In this document: positions 29,812 through 40,800 of the stretch, piece after piece
Numbering within the stretch: position 1 is the first letter of the stretch
Layout of the letters: every line of letters begins with the position of its first letter
Source of the DNA: Caldisericia bacterium
GTDB taxonomy: Bacteria; Caldisericota; Caldisericia; JAAYUI01
Direction: 5' to 3'
Assembly: GCA_963674785.1 (NCBI GenBank)
Contig: OY771555.1
Coordinates: 1,472,001-1,536,000, forward strand
Length of the DNA stretch: 64,000 nt
Notes under the pieces: generated by a model
The model's database searches: none
What the model saw: the letters and a program-made list of their open reading frames with translations, nothing else
Told to the model about the DNA's origin: nothing
Position numbers and translations under genes: made by a program

Positions 29812-29874
29812 ATCAATAGCTTAAATGAGTTATATTTGTAATCCAGTAGAAAAAGAAAAAATTAGAATTAAAAA

Positions 29875-30321
29875 CTATTCAAACTCAATAAAAGAAGGAC
29901 CTTGTGGAGTTGGGTTTCCCCTTAATAGTCCTGGAAATTTTGAAATCAGAATTTCGGCTGTGACTCCAACGATGTTTCCGTCATCAGCAAGATGCCCTGC
30001 GACTACATTTTTGTTTTCATGAACAAGAACAGCATGGACATGAGTTTTCCAGCCCCCGCCGATTTTGGGCTGTACGTTGCCACTCAAAACAACCATTTCG
30101 AGGGCACCACTGTAAGTTTTTACTTCATCATAAGTAAATCCATCTACTGTGGAAATAATTGCAGTGACGTTTGCAAAATTCAATGCTCCGATACATGAGA
30201 CAATGAATCCAGAACCAAAATCAGAATCAATACAAGCCTGGATTATCGATTTGTTCAAATCATCCCCAGGCTTGCAGATTATAGCTAAAGTTTCTTTGTT
30301 AGGAGAAAGCTTCCAGTCCAT
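29875..30321 (-). CDS. PPC/DUF296 domain protein
   Basis: SCIGAL, LEMVVLSGNV, HVHAVL, AGHL motifs; start MDWKLS just after rplY stop. Confidence 0.85.
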   Translation of the reverse strand: MDWKLSPNKETLAIICKPGDDLNKSIIQACIDSDFGSGFIVSCIGALNFANVTAIISTVDGFTYDEVKTYSGALEMVVLSGNVQPKIGGGWKTHVHAVLVHENKNVVAGHLADDGNIVGVTAEILISKFPGLLRGNPTPQGPSFIEFE

Positions 30322-30325
30322 AGAA

Positions 30326-30958
30326 CTATTCGGCTGATGCCTCGGCTGTTTCTCCTTCGGCTCCTTCTTCACCCTCTTCGCCTTCAACTTCTTCTTCTCT
30401 GGCTTTTCTCGGAGCTCTGACAACAAATATTGTTACCTGTTCTGGTGTAACAAACTTGATTCCGGGTCTTTCATCGAGTTCAGCAACGTGAATGAGGTCA
30501 CCAATGTCTGCTGCTGTAACGTCGATTGTAATCTCATCTGGAATGTTTTCGGCGAGACCTTTAACATCGATGCGATAGAGTCTCTGTTCGAGTCTTCCAC
30601 CTTCTTTTGTTCCCTTTGCGATTCCTTCGAGACGAACTGGCAAGTTTACCTCAACTTCTTTGCTGATGTCGATTGAATAGAAATCAACATGCAGAAGTCT
30701 TCTTGTGATTACGTCAACCTGAAAATCTCTAACGAGAGCTGTGTGATGCTCTCCACCAAACTCAAGGTCAAACAGGAGATGTTTCAATCCCTTGCGTGAA
30801 AGCTTAACTATTTCCTTCTCATTGAGCTTAATTGCTTTTGATCCTTCAACATCGTGTCCATAAAGAATTGCAGGGATCAAACCCGATGCACGAAGCTGGG
30901 AATTGCGACCCTTGGTTGAGGTATCTCTTTTTTCAGCTTTAAATGTAACTCTTTCCAT
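30326..30958 (-). CDS. rplY: 50S ribosomal protein L25/Ctc
   Basis: LRASGLIPAILYG, HVDF, GxxxGGxL, IPDEITIDV, acidic tail; follows prs. Confidence 0.95.
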   Translation of the reverse strand: MERVTFKAEKRDTSTKGRNSQLRASGLIPAILYGHDVEGSKAIKLNEKEIVKLSRKGLKHLLFDLEFGGEHHTALVRDFQVDVITRRLLHVDFYSIDISKEVEVNLPVRLEGIAKGTKEGGRLEQRLYRIDVKGLAENIPDEITIDVTAADIGDLIHVAELDERPGIKFVTPEQVTIFVVRAPRKAREEEVEGEEGEEGAEGETAEASAE

Positions 30959-30987
30959 CGTTACTTACTCCTTCTCAATACTCTATA

Positions 30988-31926
30988 TTATGCAGGAACT
31001 GATCCAAACAGTTCCGAAATAGACCGATGGTCTCTTATACGGATAATTGCCTCTCCAATCAAGGGTGCAACTGAAATTAATTTAATCTTTTTGCATTTTT
31101 TGATTTCTTCCGGGATGTTGATTGTGTCGGTTGTTACCACTTCTATTATTGGAGATTTTTCAATTTTTTCAATTGCATTCCCACCAAAAAAACCATGTGT
31201 TGCACAGGCAAAGATTCTTTTTGCTCCCTTTTTGTGAGCCTCTTCTGCAGCAGTCACCATTGTTCCACCAGTTTGGATGATGTCATCAACGAAGATCACG
31301 TCTTTGCCTTCTACGTCACCAATGAAGTACATTGATTCTACAACATCTGGTCTTGGTCTATTTTTGGCAAGGATGGCGACTGTACCATTCATTCCGTTTG
31401 CGAACAAATTGGCTCTTTTTACTCCACCAATATCAGAAACCGCAACGGGATTTTTGATTCCAAGCTTTGTGTAATAGTCTCTAAAGAGCAACATGGCTGT
31501 GAGATTATCAAATGGAATGTTGAAAAATCCCTGAATCTGGTTGGCATGAAGATCGATCGTTAACGCTCTTGTTGCTCCGACAGCTGTTAAAATGTCTGCG
31601 ACAACTTTTGACGTGATGGGTTCTCTTGACTGTGATTTTCTGTCTTGCCTTGAATAACCGTAGTACGGCATGATTATGTTTACTGATTTTGCAGATGCCC
31701 TCTTGAGTGCGTCAATCATGATGAGGACTTCCATGATATTATCTGATGGTGCGTTTGTGGGTTGAATGATATAACAATCCATTCCTCGGACATTTTCGCC
31801 TGGCCACATTTTTATTTCACCGTCGGAAAATCTCATGTTGTTCATTACGTTAAGTGGTTGATGGAGGTACTCACAAACATTCATTGCGAGCTGTGGGTGT
31901 GCTGTTCCTGTAAAAATCTTTACCAT
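30988..31926 (-). CDS. prs: Ribose-phosphate pyrophosphokinase
   Basis: FSDGE, PYYGYSRQDRK, DLHANQIQGFF, VDDIIQTGGT; start MVKIFTG. Confidence 0.97.
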   Translation of the reverse strand: MVKIFTGTAHPQLAMNVCEYLHQPLNVMNNMRFSDGEIKMWPGENVRGMDCYIIQPTNAPSDNIMEVLIMIDALKRASAKSVNIIMPYYGYSRQDRKSQSREPITSKVVADILTAVGATRALTIDLHANQIQGFFNIPFDNLTAMLLFRDYYTKLGIKNPVAVSDIGGVKRANLFANGMNGTVAILAKNRPRPDVVESMYFIGDVEGKDVIFVDDIIQTGGTMVTAAEEAHKKGAKRIFACATHGFFGGNAIEKIEKSPIIEVVTTDTINIPEEIKKCKKIKLISVAPLIGEAIIRIRDHRSISELFGSVPA

Positions 31927-31927
31927 A

Positions 31928-33277
31928 CTAGCTTTCCTTTCCAGTTGAATCACTGTTTTTCCTCTTCCCCCAACCCTTGATAACTCGAACTTTTGTTCTT
32001 TCGATTGCGAGATCACCACTTTCAACGTTACCACTGATTACCGAGCCAGCACCAGTGTAGGAATCGTCACCAAGTTCGATTGGAGCAATAAGCATTGTAT
32101 CTGAACCTGTGAAAACCCTGTTTCCAATTTTTGTTTTGAATTTATTTTTTCCATCATAGTTACAGGTTATCGTGCCTGCACCAATATTGACATCCTCACC
32201 CATTTCTGTGTCACCAATGTAGGAAAGGTGTGGGACTTTCGAGCGTTTTCCAATTTTACTTTTCTTCAGATCGATGAAACAACCGATTTTTGCATCATCA
32301 AGTATTTCTGCAGGCGGTCTGATTCTGACAAATGGTCCAACTTTTACATTGTTTGCAATCTGAATTCCCTTATTGTCCCCGATAAGGTGAACGAATGGAC
32401 CAATCTCGCAGTCATCACCAATCGTAATTGAACCTGTAAGTATTGTGTTTGGGTGAATAACTGTATCTTGACCTATTGTCACATCTGCTTCAATGTATGT
32501 GGATTTTGGGTCAAGGATAGTAACACCGTCTAGGCAGAGATTTTTCAGTCTGAGTTCAAGTAGGTCAGACGAAATCTCGGCAAGTTGCCATTTGTTGTTT
32601 ATTCCCCGGTATTCCTCAAGGTTATGAGATTTTACAGCGAGGGTTATTTTTTGTTGTTCATGTAAGATGGAAACAACATCGGTGAGATAATACTCTTTCT
32701 GGTCGTTGTCTGGTGAAATTTTTTCGAGCGCCTGCCAGAGATCGTCAATCTTGAAAAGATACACCCCGGTGTTGACCTCGTTGATCATTTTTTCTTCAGA
32801 AGAGCAGTCTCTTTCTTCAACAATTTCTTCAATGTTGTTCCAGTTGTCTCTTATGATTCTGCCGTAGCCTTGAGGATCGGGAACTTTTGCAGTCAACATG
32901 ACACACGATGGATTCTCTTTTTCCGCAAGCTCGATCATCCTTGCGATTGTGGTTTTTTGAAGGAGTGGAGTGTCACCACAGAGGACAAGAAGATATCCTG
33001 GAACTTTTTCAAAGGTGGTTCTGGATTTGATAACTGCATCACCTGTGCCGAGTTGACTCGGTTGTGGGATGTATTTGTATGAGTCACCAAGAGCTTCCAT
33101 AACCTCGTTTGCACCATGACCCACTACAATACCAATCCTATCAATATCAAGAGCGTGTACAGTGTCAAGAACGTATGATATTATTGGTCTACCAAGGATT
33201 TCATGCATCACCTTTGGCTTCTTCGATTTCATTCGAGTGCCGCTTCCTGCGGCTAGTATCAACGCAGATACTTCCAT
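31928..33277 (-). CDS. glmU: Bifunctional UDP-GlcNAc pyrophosphorylase/glucosamine-1-P acetyltransferase
   Basis: LAAGSGTRMKS..PK, QLGTG, EYYLTD, HLSYIGD, NYDG, hexapeptide repeats. Confidence 0.97.
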   Translation of the reverse strand: MEVSALILAAGSGTRMKSKKPKVMHEILGRPIISYVLDTVHALDIDRIGIVVGHGANEVMEALGDSYKYIPQPSQLGTGDAVIKSRTTFEKVPGYLLVLCGDTPLLQKTTIARMIELAEKENPSCVMLTAKVPDPQGYGRIIRDNWNNIEEIVEERDCSSEEKMINEVNTGVYLFKIDDLWQALEKISPDNDQKEYYLTDVVSILHEQQKITLAVKSHNLEEYRGINNKWQLAEISSDLLELRLKNLCLDGVTILDPKSTYIEADVTIGQDTVIHPNTILTGSITIGDDCEIGPFVHLIGDNKGIQIANNVKVGPFVRIRPPAEILDDAKIGCFIDLKKSKIGKRSKVPHLSYIGDTEMGEDVNIGAGTITCNYDGKNKFKTKIGNRVFTGSDTMLIAPIELGDDSYTGAGSVISGNVESGDLAIERTKVRVIKGWGKRKNSDSTGKES

Positions 33278-33290
33278 TATTCTCCTTGAT

Positions 33291-33364
33291 TGGCTGGGGA
33301 GGAAGGATTCGAACCTTCGGTCACGGCTCCAAAGGCCGTTGCCTTACCGCTTGGCCACTCCCCA
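33291..33364 (-). tRNA. tRNA-Gln(TTG)
   Basis: Reverse strand TGGGGAGTGGCCAAGCGGTAAGGC...CTTTGGA...GGTTCGAATCC...CTCCCCAGCCA. Confidence 0.95.
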
Positions 33365-33482
33365 CAGCTCTAGATTACGTTACCTCAAACAAATTCATGT
33401 TTCAATCAAAAAAATCTTCATATGAAAAATTACCACTATTTAAACCATAAGATTGAGTTATATGTATTATGGGCAGGTGGTC

Positions 33483-36197
33483 ATGAGAAAAATAATCGCA
33501 ATTATACTTGTTATATTGGTTTCTGTGTTTGGTCTTCAGTTTTATAATGCGAAAGCTGAGCTGTATGAATGGGCTCAACTCGGTGGAAACTCAATGAGAG
33601 AAGGCCGAGTTGAAGTTATGCCAGATTACGCAGAGCTAGAAGTTGTTTGGGAAAATGACATAAGGTGGGCTGAAGATGATTCTCCTTTGATGATTAAAGG
33701 TTCTCCGGTTTTTGATGGGGAGACGGTCTATATACCATCAGGGAGCATTTCGAAAAATAGGGGATTGATTGTAAAAGTTAACAAAGAAACTGGCAACGTG
33801 TCAACCTTTTTAAGCTCTGAGGCTCCATTTTTGAGTACTCCCCTGATTCACAATAACCATCTTTTAGCTACTTCGGGGTCATACATCTATGATCAAGAAT
33901 TAGATGGAAAAACGAACAGATCCATACTTCTAGCTCCTGATAAGGTTGGTTTGGCAACTGAATCCGCAGCACTTTTTAATGGAACTTATGCATATTTTGC
34001 CTGCTCGAGTTCCGACAAAAATCTTATCTGTGTTGAAGAATCAAATGGTTCAAGAATCTGGCAGGCTGATATTGTTGCGAATATAAACTCGGATATTTGC
34101 TCTGCATTGGGTTTTATCTTTGCCCCAGCTGAGGATGAAAAGCTCTATGCGGTTGATGAATACACCGGTGAAGTTAAGTGGGTAAAGGAAGTTTCTGGTG
34201 GATTCTCAGCCTCACCAATCGTTTTAAGTTCCGAACTTATCGTCCCTGTGAGTGGATATGGGATCAGAGTCTTTGGTTCCGATGAAGGTGAGGTCTTATG
34301 GCAAAAACAGATGGAAAATGTTTCTGTGATCCCTTCAACAGATGGAAGACTGATTTTTCTCGGTTGCCAGGATGGTTCGTTCCACGCAATCAATTCAGAT
34401 ACCAGAGATTTTGAGTGGTCGATTCAAACTGAATCGAAAATAACGTGCGCTCCTGTTTATGGTGCGGGTGTCGTTTGTTTTGGTAATGAGAATGGAGAGT
34501 TTCTATTTGTTGATTCAGATACTGGAGAGATTCTTAGAAAGTTTGAATTTTCAGCCATTCCAACTGCACAACCCCTTGTTCTAAATGAGAGAGTTATTAT
34601 TCCTTTCAGCAGTGGACATATCGTCTGTTTGGGTTATGATCTGGAAGATGTGATACCTGACCCCGAACCAGAACCCGAGCCTGAACCAGAACCTGAGATA
34701 AGTCCATCGACACTTAAGATAATTGCCACCGATACTGTAACACTTGATACAGAAATAGAAATTGCAATTGATGTTGTAGACGCTGAGTCTCTTTATGCAA
34801 GTGAATTCTATTTTGAATACGATTCCAGAAAAATTGATTATGTTTCCGCTAGATCTGGAAGCTTTTTTTCGTCTGTAAATGATGAACCAATAATCGAAGT
34901 GAATCCAAGTAATGGTGAAGTAAAAGTTCTCATTCAAAAACAAAATCAAATCAATTGTCCTTCAGGAAATGGAAGATTGCTTTCATTTCATTTTGTCCCT
35001 AGGGAGATCGGAAATTTTAATTTCACAATTCTGGATGCAGTGCACACAAGATGTGATGGAAAAACATATGAGCCATATATAAAGACCGCATCAATAGAGG
35101 TTATCGATCCCTTTGTGCCTGAAGTTGAGTTTATATTGACACCAAAGTCAATTGAGCTTGGTGAAATCTCAAAGCCAGTTTCAGAGTGGATAACCTTGAC
35201 TCAAAAAAATGGCGATATCGAAGAATATGTGATAAGAAGTTCCGATGAAAGATTCTTTGATGAGTATGAAGAAAACAAGATTGTTGGTAGTATTGCTGGG
35301 AATGATTATATTGAGGTTGAGGTAATAACTGATCCATCTAAATTTGAACCAGGAAGAAGATTTCATGTCGTTATTTCGGTCAATGTAGCTGGGAAAACCC
35401 TCAATTGCGATATTTTCTTTTCTACACCTCCAGTGGAAGAACCTGAACCAGAGCCTGAGCCCGAACCAGAACCTGAGCCGGAAGAGCCACCACCTTGTAT
35501 CAATGTTGAACCGGGGAATCTTGATTTTGGATTTGTACCTCGAGGCCGAGAGATTTCAATTGATTTTGAACTAAATTTTGAAACCGATGGTGAAATCTCA
35601 GGAGTTATAACAACTGATAAAAATTGGCTGAGAGTCACTCCTGCAACATTTAAAACAAGAAGCAACAAAGTCAGCGGAATTGTAACAATTTCGGCTTCAG
35701 AACTTCCTGGTGGAAGCAACTTCGTTGGACATCTTGTGATTTCTTCTAATGATAATGTTTGCCAGCAGGTAACTGTTGAGGCAAAGGTTGAGACACAACC
35801 GTCGATTATTCTTGAGATGGACATTGGAATCCCAAAAGCGACTATTGGATCTTTATCAGTTGGGTTGGATCAACCTCCAATTATAAGAAATGACAGAACG
35901 CTTGTCCCGATAAGGTTTGTCTCGGAGTCTTTTGGTTCAAGAGTGCAATGGGAAGCCTCAACAAAAAAGATAACAATCACAAGATTTGCTGATACAATTG
36001 TTCTCTGGGTTGGCAAAAAAACCGCGATAATAAATGGAAATCGAGTTACACTTGATGTCGAACCATCAATTGAAAACGGAAGCACAATTGTTCCGATTAG
36101 ATTTATTTCAGAATCATTTGGAGCAGAGGTTGAATGGTTTCACGAGACTAAGCATATCAAAATAACCTATGTCCCGCCTGCTGACTTCAAGCCTTAG
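33483..36197 (+). CDS. Secreted modular protein: PQQ-like propeller, cohesin-like domain, Ig/BACON-like domains, C-terminal stalk domain
   Basis: Signal peptide; propeller repeats; FYFEYD...SGNGRLLSFHF cohesin-like; WLRVTP; two PIRFxSESFG stalk motifs. Confidence 0.8.
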   Translation: MRKIIAIILVILVSVFGLQFYNAKAELYEWAQLGGNSMREGRVEVMPDYAELEVVWENDIRWAEDDSPLMIKGSPVFDGETVYIPSGSISKNRGLIVKVNKETGNVSTFLSSEAPFLSTPLIHNNHLLATSGSYIYDQELDGKTNRSILLAPDKVGLATESAALFNGTYAYFACSSSDKNLICVEESNGSRIWQADIVANINSDICSALGFIFAPAEDEKLYAVDEYTGEVKWVKEVSGGFSASPIVLSSELIVPVSGYGIRVFGSDEGEVLWQKQMENVSVIPSTDGRLIFLGCQDGSFHAINSDTRDFEWSIQTESKITCAPVYGAGVVCFGNENGEFLFVDSDTGEILRKFEFSAIPTAQPLVLNERVIIPFSSGHIVCLGYDLEDVIPDPEPEPEPEPEPEISPSTLKIIATDTVTLDTEIEIAIDVVDAESLYASEFYFEYDSRKIDYVSARSGSFFSSVNDEPIIEVNPSNGEVKVLIQKQNQINCPSGNGRLLSFHFVPREIGNFNFTILDAVHTRCDGKTYEPYIKTASIEVIDPFVPEVEFILTPKSIELGEISKPVSEWITLTQKNGDIEEYVIRSSDERFFDEYEENKIVGSIAGNDYIEVEVITDPSKFEPGRRFHVVISVNVAGKTLNCDIFFSTPPVEEPEPEPEPEPEPEPEEPPPCINVEPGNLDFGFVPRGREISIDFELNFETDGEISGVITTDKNWLRVTPATFKTRSNKVSGIVTISASELPGGSNFVGHLVISSNDNVCQQVTVEAKVETQPSIILEMDIGIPKATIGSLSVGLDQPPIIRNDRTLVPIRFVSESFGSRVQWEASTKKITITRFADTIVLWVGKKTAIINGNRVTLDVEPSIENGSTIVPIRFISESFGAEVEWFHETKHIKITYVPPADFKP
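34656..34698 (+). repeat. Pro-Glu linker repeat 1
   Basis: PDPEPEPEPEPEPE with varied synonymous codons. Confidence 0.8.
35439..35483 (+). repeat. Pro-Glu linker repeat 2
   Basis: EPEPEPEPEPEPEPE. Confidence 0.8.
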
Positions 36198-36199
36198 TT

Positions 36200-36613
36200 T
36201 TAGGCTTGCTTCTTTTTGTATTTTAGTCTCTCAAAAAGACTTATTGATAATCTCTCATTGTAGTTGGCGACAGTTGCTTTAAATGTCATAAGGTCATATG
36301 TTGATCGTACCAGATTTGGCATCAGCAACAGGAAACTTAGCGAACTTAATATCAGACTGACTCCGAGATAATTTTTGAGAAAAAAGAATCCGCCAACCGC
36401 TAGAATAAATAGCGTGAGATAAACAAATGAGCAGTTGTCTTTCATGTAGAATCTCTGACCACAAAAAACTCCAAGTAGAAGTATAAAAACAAAGTTTACG
36501 TATGGATTTCTTCTGTTCTTGTAGAATTCTTTTAGAAATGAGTACTTCTTATCCGCACTCCATGTTCTTGTGCATTCATTGATAAGTTCGGTTTCTGTTT
36601 TATATCTGCCCAT
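36200..36613 (-). CDS. Hypothetical membrane protein
   Basis: 137 aa, about 3 hydrophobic segments; starts 2 nt after upstream stop. Confidence 0.65.
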   Translation of the reverse strand: MGRYKTETELINECTRTWSADKKYSFLKEFYKNRRNPYVNFVFILLLGVFCGQRFYMKDNCSFVYLTLFILAVGGFFFLKNYLGVSLILSSLSFLLLMPNLVRSTYDLMTFKATVANYNERLSISLFERLKYKKKQA

Positions 36614-36615
36614 TT

Positions 36616-37758
36616 TTACTCTTGAATTGTTTCGTCAGGTTCAAAACAATATAATGAGCCATCATTTGAGCCGATTACAACATATTTTCCAAATCCAGCA
36701 GCAGATGACCAAATCCTATCATTTGTTTTGTAGTTCCAAAGTTTCTCACCCGTTTTTAAATCAACACAGTAAACAAATCCATCTGTGGCACCAAAGAAAA
36801 CAAGAGAGTTGGTTATTAGTGGAGAGTTATTTATGGGTTGCCATAACCCTGTATCAAAAACCCATTTCTCCTCGCCTGTCTGCTGGCTTAGGCAGTAGAG
36901 GTATCCATCATTTGCTGGGATGATTGCGTATTTTGGTGAAAGACCGGCTGATGATTGAATCTCTGCTCCAGTCATATATTTCCATATTAGCTTACCTTTT
37001 TCTGCATCTATGCAGTAAAAGTGTTTATCGTATGATCCAAAATATATCTTGTTGTCCTTTATTGCCGGTGTTGAAACAATCGCGCCTTCAGTTTTAAATT
37101 TCCAGATCAACTCTCCGCTGTCTTTGTCGAGGCAGTACAGATTTGAGTCGTTGCTTCCAAAGTACACTCTTTCACCAAAAACAGACACACATGAATTGAC
37201 TGATGCATCTGTTTTATATCTCCATAATTCGGCACCACTGTCTATATCGAAACAATACACATATTTATTTCTACATCCTACATAGACGCTGTTTTCAAAT
37301 ATTGTTGGTGCAGTAAGTGTTGTATTTATTGCCACCGCCCAGATTGATTTTCCCGTGTCGACATCAATACAGTTTAGGACTCCTGGCTCAACCGGTGCTA
37401 TCAGTCTCTTGGATTTTGGGTCAATTGCTGCAGATTTGATTATATCTTCTGTTTCAAATAGCCATTTGATGTTGCCGCTTTCGATGTTTATTGCATGGAG
37501 AACTCTCCCAAATGACCCAAAATAAACGAGTGTTTCTTTTCCGTCATTTCTGATTATTGGTGAGCTTTCCCCCGCAGCACCTGTTGTTGTCTTCCATTTC
37601 AGTTTCAGGTTTGAAGTTATTTCGCTTCCATCGATATAGCGTTGGTGCATTTCGTTGAAACCGAACATATCCCAGTTTTCAGGAGTTGGCTGCTTTCCAG
37701 CTTGACATCCAACCAAAAGAGCGATGATTATTCCTGAAACAATTATTATTCTCTTCAT
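36616..37758 (-). CDS. PQQ-like/BamB beta-propeller lipoprotein
   Basis: LLVGC lipobox; repeated FGSxDxxLYCxDxxxGxxxWx(F/Y)xT. Confidence 0.88.
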   Translation of the reverse strand: MKRIIIVSGIIIALLVGCQAGKQPTPENWDMFGFNEMHQRYIDGSEITSNLKLKWKTTTGAAGESSPIIRNDGKETLVYFGSFGRVLHAINIESGNIKWLFETEDIIKSAAIDPKSKRLIAPVEPGVLNCIDVDTGKSIWAVAINTTLTAPTIFENSVYVGCRNKYVYCFDIDSGAELWRYKTDASVNSCVSVFGERVYFGSNDSNLYCLDKDSGELIWKFKTEGAIVSTPAIKDNKIYFGSYDKHFYCIDAEKGKLIWKYMTGAEIQSSAGLSPKYAIIPANDGYLYCLSQQTGEEKWVFDTGLWQPINNSPLITNSLVFFGATDGFVYCVDLKTGEKLWNYKTNDRIWSSAAGFGKYVVIGSNDGSLYCFEPDETIQE

Positions 37759-37804
37759 ATTAAGTCTTATAGTATTGAACTTTTGAAAAATCTTCAAGAG
37801 AAAT

Positions 37805-37833
37805 AAAAAAAGGCTGGCTCAATTGAGCCAGCC
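37805..37833 (-). terminator. Rho-independent terminator of the Cys-rich protein gene
   Basis: GGCTGGCTC-aatt-GAGCCAGCC with T-run on minus strand. Confidence 0.85.
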
Positions 37834-37853
37834 AAAATGGTAGGAAGCAGAAA

Positions 37854-40800
37854 TTAATTACACGGTGTTACTTTAACGATCTCAACCTCTTTGATGATGC
37901 CTGTTGTATATATCATTCCTCTGAAAGTAAGACAATCGCCAGCATTAACTGATGAACAATCAAAATATGGTGGATAGTAGAATTTGTAATGTGTTGGGCC
38001 GTATGTTACTTCCATATATCCCTCATCACAATATGTATTGACAACCGTGCATCCAAGTAAACTCAATTGTCCGCAATCTCTTTTTTCAACATTTGCAGCT
38101 CTTATGTTTCTTCCATTCAATGTCCCCTTGACCTTGATACATTGATAAATGTAAAAAATCTCTGGGTTACAGTCGAAACCTTCTGGAAGATAGACGTTAT
38201 AGAGATAACCTCTGTATGTTGCTACAAAATATGGCATTCTTGTATCACAGTGTCTCTCATAAATGATCATGTCAAATTCTTTGGAGTCTTCATTTCCTCC
38301 ACCACAAGGACAACCCACTTTTTCCATTGAGGCGACTTTGAAGCCCGTTGCGCCAGTCGTTTCATCAAAAAACCAGCTTCCATGAACTTCCCAGCATTCT
38401 CCTTGCATCATTGTTTCGCATTCGTAAGAATCATCGAAGTAAAGCACAATACTTTCATCATTTGGTCTTCTTGCGTAAACCCTTGGCATATCACCATGGC
38501 ACGCAGGGTCTTCGACAGTAACGCAAAGTGTGATTTCTTCGCTAAGACATGGGCAATCAACTCTTTCGATATAGGTAATTTTTATTCCCTCGATACCGTC
38601 GACACCCACGGCGGGTTCACCACAAATTGTCCAACAAGAGCCTTCCTCAAGTTTTTCACAGTCAATATCAGCATTATCGGTGTAAACTACCCATTTTCGA
38701 CCCTTTTCACCTCTTACATAAACGAAAGGTGTTTTTGAATCACAATTAGCCTTGATTACTGTTGCACAGATACAGATTTCCTTTTCTGGGTCGTTATCTC
38801 CACAAGGGCAATCTACTTGATCTATATATTCAACTCTTAACCCCTTATACTCTGCTTCTTCGTCTTCGGTTGTGTAACCACAGACATACCAGCATGTGCC
38901 ACTGGTCATCTTTTCGCAGATACCATCGTGATTTTTATCCAGAAGGATCAGCCAGCTATTTCCGTTTGAATCCTTTACGTAAACTTTGCCGATGTCTCCC
39001 TCACAGTTTGATTTGACAACCTCAACACAAACACAATGCTTTCTAGAATTGCATTCTGCTGGATCAATTTTCTTCATCCATAAAATTGTATTCTCTCCAT
39101 TTTCGCCTTTTACTATGCAGGCCAGAACACAATCACCAATTTCAAATCCGTTACATACTCTTGCATTATCAGATAAAAACTCGACCTCGTCTCCAAGAAC
39201 TTCAAGAATTATCTTGTCATCTTCCTTGCAACCTAGGTATTTTATAACTCCTTTTAAGTGCACATCGCATTCACCCTCACCACATGGACACTCTACCTGT
39301 TCACCCCATGTGACTTTGATAACTTTATTGTTACCAACAAAACCTGCTGCGTTTCCACAAACACTCCAGCATGTACCGATTTTCATCGCTCCACACATGT
39401 TGTCGTTTTCGGGGTAAAGAACCCACATCATCCCATTTTCATCTTTTCCATAAACCATTGGCACATCGCCATCACATGCAGTTCTTACTATCTCTACGCA
39501 TGTGCATATCTCGTTTTCTGGAACACATGGGCAATCAACTGGTTCAGCGTTAATATCTCTAAGAACTCTGAAGTTTCCCTGTGAGTTTCCATAATGATTT
39601 CCACAGAGCTGCCAACAAGTTCCAATTTCCATCTCTTTGCATACATCGGGGTCATCTAAAACAAGCACCCACTTGTTACCATTTTCATCGCTTCCGTAAA
39701 CCATTGGTTGATCGGAGTCACATGCAGTTCTTTCAACTGTGAAGCACATGCAGACTTCTTTGATGGCTGGTCCACCGCAGGGGCATTCAACCTTTTCCAT
39801 GGTTGCTACATCTAACCTTCTAAGGTTGGTTGCAGCAGTTGCTGTAGGTGCAATCACTGTTCCGCAAACCTTCCAGCAATCACCGACTTCCATGTTTGTA
39901 AGGTCAATATCTGCGGATGATGTTGTGAGTGTCCATGCTCCTCCAGTTGCGTCTACACCCGTTACGCCGTTTGGAGTTACTTCTTTGATCGTCAAACATA
40001 TACAGAAAAGACGTGCCTTACATGGGCATTCAGCTTCAGCGATCTTTTCAACCTCCATCTTTTTTGTGAGCGAATCGTTTGTTGAGGTCGGTGGAATAAT
40101 TTCTCCACAAACATTCCAGCATCCACCTTCACTCATTTTGGTCAGATGGTCTGGATCTTTAAATGTTAATACCCACATGTTTCCATCAGCGTCTTCTGCA
40201 TAAATACTATCGTTAGTTGGGTCTACAACCTCAACACAGATACATGGCATTGGCTCTGCTACTCCGCCACATGGGCATTCTACAGGTCTGAGCTCAATAT
40301 CTTCAACGTTTATTGTTGATGTATCTGTTCTGGATATTTTTCCACAAACTTCCCAGCATGTTCCAATACCACCAGCCTCAGAAATCTTGGCACAGATATA
40401 GTATGGGACAGGGATTGTCACAATCATTCCGTTGTTACCCAACTTTGCAAGAATAAATGGTTGATCAACATCACAATTGATTCTTATTATCTCGATACAG
40501 ATGCAATCTTTTTCTGTTTCTTCCCCACAACAATCATCCATATCTGGGTGTGGTTCCCAATACTGAATAATTCCATTCAAGACACATATCATCGCACAAC
40601 CTTCATACTCTGAAAGATTGTAGTTTCTGTATGTTAGATCTGATTCGGCGTGGTATGTTTCATATGTTTCATCGCACTTTTTGAATTTGACTTCCCATTT
40701 CTCTGTCATTGTATCGAAGATTGTGTACATAATCTCGCCTTCCATCTCGATACATTTTGGCTCGATTACCTCATCACAACATGGTTCCTCTGCAACTTTC

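Noticed and set aside
30322-30426. Lys-rich N-terminal extension of the DUF296 ORF (and the extension of prs to 32034)
   Set aside because: They overlap rplY and glmU in another frame; downstream ATGs right after the upstream stops fit better
34656-35483. CRISPR-like or contingency repeats
   Set aside because: In-frame Pro-Glu linkers with mixed synonymous codons; no spacers or cas genes
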